Shown here piece by piece: positions 52,178-59,896 of a stretch of 59,896 bases of DNA. A program made the position numbers and the translations under genes. Below the pieces are notes generated by a model that did not search any database, was not told where the DNA came from, and was given only the letters and a program-made list of their open reading frames with translations. Origin of the DNA: Acidimicrobiia bacterium (GTDB lineage Bacteria > Actinomycetota > Acidimicrobiia > Spongiisociales > JAENVV01); contig JAENVV010000042.1 of the NCBI GenBank assembly GCA_016650365.1, positions 1 to 59,896 on the forward strand. The letters run 5' to 3'. How positions within the stretch are numbered: the first letter of the stretch is position 1; every line of letters starts with the position of its first letter.

Positions 52178-53219
52178 TCGCTATCCGATCGCAGAACTTG
52201 AAGAGTTTACGTCAGCGATCTTTCGCTCCGTCGGGGTCAAAGCTGAGCATGCCGACATCGTGGCGACCCGTCTCGTTGAAGCCGACCTGCGGGGCCGGAC
52301 CGGTCATGGGCTGATCCGGGTCGGACCGTATGTGCAGCGAATCGAAGCAGGAGGGGTCAACCTCGACCCCGACATACGGATCATCCATGAAACTCCCGTT
52401 TCCGCTCACTTCGACGGTGACAACGGAATGGGCCAGGTGGTCATGACGATGGCCGCCGAGGTTGCGATCGCCAAGGCGCAAGCCCTCGGCATGGCCTGGG
52501 TGGGCACGGTGCACTCGAATCACGCCGGGGCGGCTGGTATCTACCCGGCGATGGCCGCCAAACGTGGTCTCATCGCCATGTACTTCGCGGTGGCCAACGC
52601 CAACGGTATGCCACCCTGGGGTGGGATCGAACCAATTCTGGGCACCAACCCGATCTCCATTGCCATTCCGGCTGGCGATGGCATACCGTTTCAGCTCGAC
52701 ATCGCGACGACAGTGGCATCGCACGGCACGATCAAAGTGGTTGCTCAGGCCGGCGAGCAGATGCCGATCGGTTGGGTCGCCGACGCCGATGGTAACCCGA
52801 TTACCGACCCTGCCAGGGCCCATGAAGGGTTCCTGCTTCCGATTGGCGGATACAAGGGAGCCGGCCTGAACATTGCCATCGGACTCCTCGCCGGTGCCAT
52901 GAACGGCGCGGCGTTTGGCAAGGCGGTGGTCGATCATCGAAAGCACCTTGAGGTACCTACCAACACCGGTCAGGCAATGCTCGTGATGCGTTCGGACCTC
53001 ATGTTGCCTGCCGAAGAAGCGTTGGCCTCAATCGATGCTCATCTCGAACAACTTCGGAACTCGCGGACGGCGAGTGGAGAACGAGTCCGATTGCCAGGCG
53101 ACGGCGCCCACGCAACGGAAGTCGAGAATCTCCGAATCGGGATCCCGCTACCAGAGCAACTGCGCCATTCGTTGAACGAATTAGCCGCTCGCCTGGGTGT
53201 CGTCGCTCAACTCGACTGA
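52170..53219 (+). CDS. Ldh_2 family dehydrogenase (malate/L-lactate dehydrogenase type 2; second paralogue)
   Basis: 'ADLRGRTGHGLIRVGPYV' and 'SNHAGAAGIY' motifs. Confidence 0.85.
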   Translation: MSSRYPIAELEEFTSAIFRSVGVKAEHADIVATRLVEADLRGRTGHGLIRVGPYVQRIEAGGVNLDPDIRIIHETPVSAHFDGDNGMGQVVMTMAAEVAIAKAQALGMAWVGTVHSNHAGAAGIYPAMAAKRGLIAMYFAVANANGMPPWGGIEPILGTNPISIAIPAGDGIPFQLDIATTVASHGTIKVVAQAGEQMPIGWVADADGNPITDPARAHEGFLLPIGGYKGAGLNIAIGLLAGAMNGAAFGKAVVDHRKHLEVPTNTGQAMLVMRSDLMLPAEEALASIDAHLEQLRNSRTASGERVRLPGDGAHATEVENLRIGIPLPEQLRHSLNELAARLGVVAQLD

Positions 53220-53971
53220 ACGTCCTCAATAGCCAAAGCGGGCGTTTCCGACTTCGCGAACGGGTTGGCCCACCGCCGCCAGGTATACAACCCGAAGACT
53301 GAGGACAGGGCCAGTTCGGTGATTTCGCCGAACTCCGAGACCCCGTAGTACAGGCTCTCGGGTGGCTCAAAGAAGTTCCGGTAGGACCTCCAGACGAACA
53401 TCAACAGGAAGGAGGGAATCAGGATTGGGTGCGGCGCCAGGGTCCGGGTGAGGGGCGACCACGACTCATAATTACCGTACCGCTTCATAGCGAACCACGA
53501 TGCCCCGACGCCGTAGCCTCCAATAAGGAACATCAGCCAACTGAACACGTCCTGGACGCCGTAGATGTTGTGAAGATTGGACTCCCCCTGGCGATTCTGC
53601 TCGACAAGTTCGGCAGGAGTCTGGAAGTCGAGGATACGTTGCCCCCAGCTGATCTCCTCACCGATGATGAAGAAGATCCCGGCCCCCAAAACCGCCATCA
53701 GAACCCTCGTCGAGGTCGGGAAATCCGCATTCCTGGCAATCCGGATGCAGAAGTAGAGGGCCACAGCCCACCCCACCACCTGGAGGTCTTCGGCAAGAAG
53801 ATCTTCACCAATGATGAAGTCGAACACTGGACGGGCCAGGACGGCCGCCACAATGGTGACGATCGAAATAACGAAAGGAAACCAGAAGGTAGTGGCAGTG
53901 AACCAACGACTCGGATGCCACTCCGCTGATAGTCCATTCACAACTGATTTGGCCCACTGCATCGCAAACAC
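53207..53971 (-). CDS. Integral membrane protein, function unknown
   Basis: About 7 hydrophobic segments with a 'GEEISWGQRI' loop. Confidence 0.55.
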   Translation of the reverse strand: MFAMQWAKSVVNGLSAEWHPSRWFTATTFWFPFVISIVTIVAAVLARPVFDFIIGEDLLAEDLQVVGWAVALYFCIRIARNADFPTSTRVLMAVLGAGIFFIIGEEISWGQRILDFQTPAELVEQNRQGESNLHNIYGVQDVFSWLMFLIGGYGVGASWFAMKRYGNYESWSPLTRTLAPHPILIPSFLLMFVWRSYRNFFEPPESLYYGVSEFGEITELALSSVFGLYTWRRWANPFAKSETPALAIEDVQSS

Positions 53972-54054
53972 CCCCCGGTATCCGTTTTCCCTTGGCGGGA
54001 GAGTATCACCACTTCACGTAGCGTGCTAGTTAAACCAGTCAGGGTGACATAGCG

Positions 54055-55167
54055 TTAGGTGCCCGCCCGGCTTCGATCCCGCCGAGTCCCATCTTCATCT
54101 AGATCTGCCACACCGGGATCACCGGGTCGGCGCGGCACACGCGGACCAGACAGGGGGGAGGCATCCAGATTCCCGCCTGTCGGTGCGGATGGCTCATTGG
54201 CGGTCGGAGACCGGTCCGTTGCCGCCTGCCGATCAAATATCGACCGACTGATGACTCCGAAAGCCGCCAGGCCAACACCCGCCGGGATCCAGTAGTCCAC
54301 GACCCGATAGACGAGCACCGGAGCGACTATCACTCCTGCCGACAACCCGTACAGCGAGAGAATCCCGATAAGGCCGCCCTCAACAATGCCAAGACCTCCT
54401 GGCAGACCGGGCAAACCACCCACGAGCATCGAGAGTCCGTGAGCAACGAACACCTCGGATGGAGTTAGAAAGATCCCGAACGCGGCGAGCGCCGACCACA
54501 ACACTGCCGACTCAGCCAGAACTCGCACGGCCACCAGCACCGCCTCAACCGGGGTCACCCGGCCCCCACCCGCGGTCGGACCAAGATAATTCGCCAGACG
54601 GCGCGGAAGTCGAACCACAACCCGGTCAAGCCAGGCGGCTCCGGCCATCACCACGAAGCCGGCGACAAGGAGCAACCCCCCAAGTATCACCGCGCCGGCA
54701 AACACAACTGGATGCGGACCTTCCGTCGCCATCCAAACCAGGCCGAGACCCGTGATGATGAGCAATCCCGCATACGTCAGGAGAGTGGCGCGAACCGCTG
54801 CTCCGGCGGCGTCATTCTCCTCATCGCGCACTGACCAGGCCATCGTCGCCGGAGTCAGTGCTCCCCCGGCCGGAATCAGCCTGGCGACGGCCGAACCCGC
54901 AAAGGCGGCCGAGATGGCACCTTTCCAGCTGACCAGGTGGCTCACCGAACCAAGCTCCCACCTGAACAAGGCCGCAAACATCAGTTTGCCGAGGAGCTCA
55001 AACAGCAGGGCTAACACCAGAAACGCCAACGCTCGGGCAGTGAAGCTCGGTAGATCCCACCGCCGAAAGGCCAATACGAGCGCCACGGCATACCCGCCAA
55101 ACCCAACCATCAGCAAGGTGGAGCGGGCGCCCGTCAACATACGCCGTCTAGTGCGAGGAACTGCCAT
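54055..55167 (-). CDS. Membrane protein, lysylphosphatidylglycerol-synthase-TM/flippase-like (UPF0104)
   Basis: About 8 TM segments with a Pro/Arg-rich C-terminal tail. The family assignment is a weak recollection. Confidence 0.45.
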   Translation of the reverse strand: MAVPRTRRRMLTGARSTLLMVGFGGYAVALVLAFRRWDLPSFTARALAFLVLALLFELLGKLMFAALFRWELGSVSHLVSWKGAISAAFAGSAVARLIPAGGALTPATMAWSVRDEENDAAGAAVRATLLTYAGLLIITGLGLVWMATEGPHPVVFAGAVILGGLLLVAGFVVMAGAAWLDRVVVRLPRRLANYLGPTAGGGRVTPVEAVLVAVRVLAESAVLWSALAAFGIFLTPSEVFVAHGLSMLVGGLPGLPGGLGIVEGGLIGILSLYGLSAGVIVAPVLVYRVVDYWIPAGVGLAAFGVISRSIFDRQAATDRSPTANEPSAPTGGNLDASPLSGPRVPRRPGDPGVADLDEDGTRRDRSRAGT

Positions 55168-55278
55168 TGCATCAGTCTGGCAAACTCAGGCCCCTAGATG
55201 TGGGGTTTAACGCGATAGTTACGGAACTTGGGCCTCTCACGACGAGCATGACGCATAACTGAAGAGCCATACAAAATA

Positions 55279-55284
55279 TATGAT
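55279..55284 (+). promoter_or_regulatory. TATGAT -10-like hexamer inside the shared 11-mer ATATATGATCT
   Basis: AT-rich word about 60 nt upstream of the FAH-family gene. Confidence 0.3.
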
Positions 55285-55345
55285 CTAGTGTGCGGGGCGT
55301 CGTCCCTGCCTGTATTAATTGAACCAACCCCATTCGGAGACTGAA

Positions 55346-56209
55346 ATGAAACTCGTCACCTATACCTCAGAAGGGTCAGCCCGACCCGGCGCCGTCCAAC
55401 CGGACGGGTCGGTCATCGACCTTTCGGACATCGCCGGGTCGGTCGGAGAACTCGTGGCGATGGGCGATCCGGGGTTAGCCGCCGCCAGCGCTGCAGAGGT
55501 CACCGGAACGGCCGTGACCCCGGACAAACTTCTGGCCCCGATTCGTCCCCGAAACAACATCATGGCGGTCGGGCGCAACTACTTCGATCACGCCCAGGAG
55601 TTCTCGGACAGCGGCTTTGATGCGTCGGAAGTGAAAGTGATCCCCGATTTCCCGATCATCTTTACGAAAGCTCTGTCATCGATCATCGGGACCGGCGACG
55701 CCATCGACATCTCCAACGACCCCAGCAACACAAGCGATTACGAAGGTGAGTTGGGCGTGGTTATCGGAATTGGCGGCACCAAAATCGCCAAGGAGGATGC
55801 GTGGGATCACGTATATGGGTACACGGTCATCAACGACATGACCGCCCGCGAGGTGCAGCGCCGCCATGTGCAATTCTTCCTCGGTAAAAGCCCGGCAACC
55901 TACTGCCCGATGGGACCGTGCATCACGACCCGCGACGAGATTCCCGACATCACGAAGGCTCGCTTACGCACCGTCGTCAATGGCGAGACCAGACAAGACG
56001 CAGAAATTTCACAGCTGATCTTCGACATTCCGACCCTGATCGCTTCCATCTCCGAGACCGTCCTGTTGGAGCCAGGCGACATCATCGCCACCGGCACACC
56101 GGTCGGCTGCGGGATCGGGTTCGACCCGCCGATCTACCTAAAAGCCGGGGACATCGTTGACGTTTCGGTAGACGGAATCGGGACCATTACCAATCCGGTC
56201 ATCGAGTGA
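55346..56209 (+). CDS. Fumarylacetoacetate hydrolase family protein
   Basis: 'VGRNYFDHAQE', 'DYEGELGVVIG', 'GKS' and 'GDIIATGTPVG' motifs. ATG 55346 preceded by GGAGA. Confidence 0.88.
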   Translation: MKLVTYTSEGSARPGAVQPDGSVIDLSDIAGSVGELVAMGDPGLAAASAAEVTGTAVTPDKLLAPIRPRNNIMAVGRNYFDHAQEFSDSGFDASEVKVIPDFPIIFTKALSSIIGTGDAIDISNDPSNTSDYEGELGVVIGIGGTKIAKEDAWDHVYGYTVINDMTAREVQRRHVQFFLGKSPATYCPMGPCITTRDEIPDITKARLRTVVNGETRQDAEISQLIFDIPTLIASISETVLLEPGDIIATGTPVGCGIGFDPPIYLKAGDIVDVSVDGIGTITNPVIE

Positions 56210-57390
56210 TCGTTGAAGTCATCGCCGTCGGCACGGAATTGTTGATCGGCCAGATCATCAACTCCAACGTGGCGTTCCTAGGATCCCGCCTGCACGACGA
56301 GGGATTTGACGCGCACTTCCAGGTAACCGTCGGTGACAACCTGGACCGAATGACCTTCGCAATCGAGCAAGCGCTCGGACGCGCCGATGCGGTAATCCTC
56401 ACCGGAGGGATCGGACCGACCCAGGACGATGTGACGCGCGAAGCCATCTGCCGCGTAACCGGAAGGGCCATGACCCGGGACCTCGAACACGAAGAGAAAA
56501 TCCGCGAACGCCTCATGCGCCTGCGCGGCGAAGTGAACATCAACACCCTGCGGATGGCCGATTATCCGGAAGGCGCCGAGACAATGGAGAATCGCAAAGG
56601 GGTGGCGCTCGGAGTCGCGCTTGATCAGGGCGGCAAATGGATCTTTGCCATGCCGGGAGTACCAACCGAGATGAAGGTCATGTTCGACGAGCAGGTCATG
56701 CCCCGCTTGCGGGCCTCGGCCGGCGAACCGGCCATTCTCAAGAGCCGGGTGGTGCGCACCTGGGGATACGGCGAGTCGTCGGTGGCGGAAAAACTCGACG
56801 ACCTCTATGAGTCCTCCAACCCGTCGATTGCGTTTCTCATCGACGCCAGCGAGGTCCGGATTCGGATCACCGCCAAGGACGACGACGAAGCCACGGTCGA
56901 CGCCATGTTGGATCGGGTCGACGCCGCCATCGTGGCAAAACTCGGCGACGCCGTGTTCGGGCGAGATGACCAGGTGATCGAGGTCGTCCTGATCGACAGC
57001 CTCTCGCGGAAAAACTGGACGTTTGGCACCATCGAACAGTTCACGGCCGGTGCGGTGGGCGCCCGTTTCGCCAATGTCGGTCCTGCCCACTTTGCCGAAT
57101 CGATCGGACTACGACCGGTCAGGCTTCCTGAGGGCGCCGATACCCAGGCGGCAGCCCGACAGTTGCTCGACGCCCATGACTGCCCGGCCGATGTGGTCGT
57201 CGCGGTGAGCGGCGTAGCCGGAGATCCCTCCAACCCGAATACTTCCCGCACGGTCGGAATCGCCGTCCGAACGCCCAATGGAGTGTCGTCGCGAGAACTC
57301 AACATCCTCGGTGACGACGAGCGAGCCAGACAATTCGCCAATACCGGGGCCCTCCACGGCGCCCGCCTGGCCATCGAAGGCCGCTGGTAG
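56206..57390 (+). CDS. cinA: CinA-family protein (MoCF-binding domain + nicotinamide-nucleotide amidase-like domain)
   Basis: 'VEVIAVGTELLIGQIINSNVAFL' and 'VILTGGIGPTQDDVTREA'. GTGA overlap with the upstream stop. Confidence 0.85.
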   Translation: MIVEVIAVGTELLIGQIINSNVAFLGSRLHDEGFDAHFQVTVGDNLDRMTFAIEQALGRADAVILTGGIGPTQDDVTREAICRVTGRAMTRDLEHEEKIRERLMRLRGEVNINTLRMADYPEGAETMENRKGVALGVALDQGGKWIFAMPGVPTEMKVMFDEQVMPRLRASAGEPAILKSRVVRTWGYGESSVAEKLDDLYESSNPSIAFLIDASEVRIRITAKDDDEATVDAMLDRVDAAIVAKLGDAVFGRDDQVIEVVLIDSLSRKNWTFGTIEQFTAGAVGARFANVGPAHFAESIGLRPVRLPEGADTQAAARQLLDAHDCPADVVVAVSGVAGDPSNPNTSRTVGIAVRTPNGVSSRELNILGDDERARQFANTGALHGARLAIEGRW

Positions 57391-57399
57391 CGACATCAT

Positions 57400-58797
57400 A
57401 TGTTGGAAGAACCATTGCGCCCCACCAATCCGGATCTTTTCGAGGGGTTGAAGTCGGCACTTGGTGAACAAGCGGTTTCAGTGAGCGGGGCCGAAAGGCA
57501 CCTGCACTCACAGGACGAATCGACCTATCCAGCCGTGGTGCCCGATCTCGTGGTCTGGCCGCAATCCACCGACGACGTGGTCCGGATCGTTACGCTGGCC
57601 GCCGAATATGGCGAGCCGATCACCGGGTGGGGGGCGGCATCGAGTTCAGAAGGTCATGCCATTCCGGTCAGGCATGGGATCGTCGTCGACTTTGCCAGGA
57701 TGAACCGGATCCTGGCCGTGCACGCCGAGGACTTCCAGGCCACGGTCCAACCGGGGGTGTTGCGTCTTGGCCTTGAGAAACATCTGAGTCAGTACGGCCT
57801 GTTCTTTGCTCCCGACCCGGGTGCGAATGCGTCCGTCGGCGGCATGATCGCCAACAACGCTGCCGGGATCCGGGCCCACAAATACGGGGCGACCAGGAGC
57901 AATGTGCTGGCACTCGAAGTCGTGCTGGCTAACGGAGACGTCATCAAAACCGGTTCGCGGTCGGTAAAGCAGTCCTCGGGCTATGACCTCACCCGCCTCA
58001 TGATCGGGTCGGAGGGTACGCTGGGCTTGGTCACCGAGGCGACGCTCAAACTCCACCCGGTTCCCCAGCATTTCGCCACAGCGGTGGTCGGGTTTGGCAC
58101 CGTCGCGGGGGCCGCTCAGGCCGCCTACGGGATCATCGGCGCCGGTCTCGCTCCGGCCGCCCTGGAGATTCTGCATCAGAACCACATCCTCTACATGAAC
58201 GAGGATGACGGTTCCGACTGGCCGGTCTTGCCATCGCTCATGATCGAATTCACCGGATCAAGCGATGTGGCGACCAGCGACGCTCTCGACGAGGCCAGGC
58301 TCATCTGCGAGGACGCCGGTGCGGAGTCATTCACCTCGGGCCTCGGTCACCAGGACCGTTCCGAGATGTGGACGATGCGCCACGGGGCCCGGTATCGATA
58401 TCGGCGCCGGGCACCTGGCTACGTCTGGTCGGCCATTGACGTGAGCGTGCCAATCTCACACATGCCACAAATCATCGCCTATGCCGAGCACTGCGCCACC
58501 GCTCTCGGACTGCCCGGCGAGGTCCTCGGGCACGCCGGCGACGGAAATATCCATATGGGTATCGGCTACAACCCGGGCGACGCCGACGAAAAGCGACGGG
58601 CCGGCGAACTGAGCCAGTTGATCATCGAAAAGGCCCTGGAGCTTGAGGGAACTGCCTCCGGTGAACACGGGATCGGGCTCGGGAAACGCAAGTACATGGT
58701 GGCCGAGCATGGCGCCCCGGCTGTCGAGGCCATGCGAGCCATCAAGAAGGCCCTCGACCCGCAGAACCTCCTCAACCCCGACAAGGTTCTGCCCTGA
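57400..58797 (+). CDS. FAD-linked oxidase (GlcD / D-lactate dehydrogenase family)
   Basis: FAD-binding PCMH-type domain and the C-terminal 'GTASGEHGIGLGKRKYM' motif. Confidence 0.9.
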   Translation: MLEEPLRPTNPDLFEGLKSALGEQAVSVSGAERHLHSQDESTYPAVVPDLVVWPQSTDDVVRIVTLAAEYGEPITGWGAASSSEGHAIPVRHGIVVDFARMNRILAVHAEDFQATVQPGVLRLGLEKHLSQYGLFFAPDPGANASVGGMIANNAAGIRAHKYGATRSNVLALEVVLANGDVIKTGSRSVKQSSGYDLTRLMIGSEGTLGLVTEATLKLHPVPQHFATAVVGFGTVAGAAQAAYGIIGAGLAPAALEILHQNHILYMNEDDGSDWPVLPSLMIEFTGSSDVATSDALDEARLICEDAGAESFTSGLGHQDRSEMWTMRHGARYRYRRRAPGYVWSAIDVSVPISHMPQIIAYAEHCATALGLPGEVLGHAGDGNIHMGIGYNPGDADEKRRAGELSQLIIEKALELEGTASGEHGIGLGKRKYMVAEHGAPAVEAMRAIKKALDPQNLLNPDKVLP

Positions 58798-58806
58798 CCC
58801 GCTGGT

Positions 58807-59568
58807 CTAACCCGTGAACGCCTTGACGCTGTCATGGAATTCGTCTGGTGCCTCTTTATAGATGAGGTGCCCTCCCGCCAGGATCTCCAGACGGGCACCG
58901 GGAATCGACCGGGCGAGGTCTTCGGACATGTGCGGCGGTGTACAGATATCGGCGTCGCCGACCAGCACGAGAGTCGGGACGTCAATCTGATTTAGTCGGG
59001 CCGATTCGTCGAAGGCGACGATCATGTCGATCCGCCGAGCCATCACGGCAGGATCGGCCCCGCCGGCCAGCTTGATCCAGGCCTGCACCTGGTCATAGTG
59101 ATCACGAAAGTATTCGGCGCCGAATAGGAACAATGCGGAGGCTTCCGTGTAAGCCTCGACGCCTTGTTCGGCGAGGATCCGTTTGCGCATGGCGAACTGG
59201 TGCCGGAAATAGTCATCAGGTCGCGCCCACGAGTCGGCGAGCACGATCGACTTTGTCACGTCGCGGTGATCGAGAGCCATCACCTGCGCAATGGCACCCC
59301 CGGTCGAGCTACCCACCAGATGAGCGGGTCCACAGTCCAACTCGCCCAAGACGTCGGCCATCGCCCGGGCATGATGAGCAATGGTGTAACCATCGGGTGG
59401 CGGGGCGGATTGTCCGGTGCCGGGATGGTCCGGCACGATGGTCAGGTAATCCTGCGCGAAACGATCAACGATGTTCCCCCATCCGCGACCAACCCCACCA
59501 AGACCGGTGATGAGCATCAACGGCGAACCATCACCGTACGTCTCGTAGTGCACCGCCGGTCGACTCAT
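58807..59568 (-). CDS. Alpha/beta hydrolase
   Basis: 'LMLITGLGG' and the nucleophile elbow 'VGSSTGG'. C-terminal His region 'GGHLIY'. Confidence 0.85.
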   Translation of the reverse strand: MSRPAVHYETYGDGSPLMLITGLGGVGRGWGNIVDRFAQDYLTIVPDHPGTGQSAPPPDGYTIAHHARAMADVLGELDCGPAHLVGSSTGGAIAQVMALDHRDVTKSIVLADSWARPDDYFRHQFAMRKRILAEQGVEAYTEASALFLFGAEYFRDHYDQVQAWIKLAGGADPAVMARRIDMIVAFDESARLNQIDVPTLVLVGDADICTPPHMSEDLARSIPGARLEILAGGHLIYKEAPDEFHDSVKAFTG

Positions 59569-59571
59569 CGC

Positions 59572-59896
59572 CTAGCTTTTCACCGAAGCGGCCAAAGCCA
59601 GGCCGATCTGGTCTTCGGACAGTGGCAGCTCTACCACCTGGTTGAGTTCGGCCGACAAGTCGGCCGCCATGTAGACCTCCATGACGAGGCGGGCGGCGCG
59701 GGGCTCCACCATGACGGGGCGATCGAACAGTACCGCCTCGATGAAGTGGATCGTTTCGCGTTCCATCGGACCGGCATACATGGCGCCAACGTATTCGCCC
59801 GGCATGGTTGACAGAGGGAACTCGACCCCCCGGTCCATCGACTGAACCATGATGTCCTTGTGCGAGTCGTCTACAAAAACGGACCCATCGGTACCG
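59572..59896 (-). CDS. C-terminal part of a Gfo/Idh/MocA-like oxidoreductase (5' end outside the window)
   Basis: The frame stays open to the window edge ('GTDGSVFVDDSHKDIMVQS...'). The tail 'IHFIEAVLFDRPVMVEPRAARLVMEVYMAADLSAE' resembles the C-terminal domain of this family. Confidence 0.5.
   Translation of the reverse strand, partial: GTDGSVFVDDSHKDIMVQSMDRGVEFPLSTMPGEYVGAMYAGPMERETIHFIEAVLFDRPVMVEPRAARLVMEVYMAADLSAELNQVVELPLSEDQIGLALAASVKS

Noticed and set aside
56278-57090. 270-aa minus-strand ORF
   Set aside because: It is antisense to cinA and has no recognisable domain.
1-59896. Scan for tRNA, rRNA, transposase, integrase, toxin-antitoxin pairs and CRISPR arrays
   Set aside because: I recognised none in any intergenic region or ORF translation. 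Small RNAs cannot be excluded without covariance-model searches.

Overview
High-GC chromosomal segment of actinobacterial type. Supporting signs are LexA boxes of the TCGAAC-N4-GTTCGA class, a DUF222-HNH ('13E12-like') gene, many 4-nt ATGA/GTGA start/stop overlaps and leaderless-type promoters. I call about 60 protein-coding genes and saw no rRNA, tRNA, CRISPR array, transposase or integrase.

Gene content, left to right:
- 3' end of class II ribonucleotide reductase nrdJ.
- An accessory patch at 395-6793: orphan reverse transcriptase, PD-(D/E)XK-like protein, Kelch-like lipoprotein, SOS-controlled HNH gene and a small orphan ORF.
- Two ABC-2 exporter operons, with a TetR/SDR pair between them.
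- A membrane glycosyltransferase, dinB, a Na+/H+ antiporter and an adenylate cyclase.
- A two-component system and an ECF sigma factor with its partner protein.
- An SLH-anchored putative glycosidase and an APC-Usp permease.
- A long run of catabolic genes (about 32-53 kb), including sulfolactate dehydrogenase-like and split sulfopyruvate decarboxylase-like genes, ALDH, beta-hydroxyacid dehydrogenase, thiolase, CoA-transferase, an enolase-superfamily enzyme, a signal-less DctP-like protein and two Ldh_2 paralogues.
- FAH, cinA, an FAD oxidase and a hydrolase.

The best candidate for an undescribed system is the two-gene module at 395-3326. It pairs a stand-alone RT carrying a helical C-terminal domain with a restriction-endonuclease-fold protein, and its start codon lies 9 nt after the nrdJ stop.

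Other observations:
- Identical LexA boxes overlap the start codons of the HNH gene and dinB.
- A 35-nt motif is repeated upstream of two neighbouring genes.
- An 18-bp unit carrying a stop/start junction is triplicated.
- Short AT-rich promoter words are shared between operons.
- Three apparent frame problems exist, and two of them are repaired by adding one G to a G6 run.

Everything rests on reading the ORF translations and the DNA by eye. No database search, HMM, folding or statistics were run.
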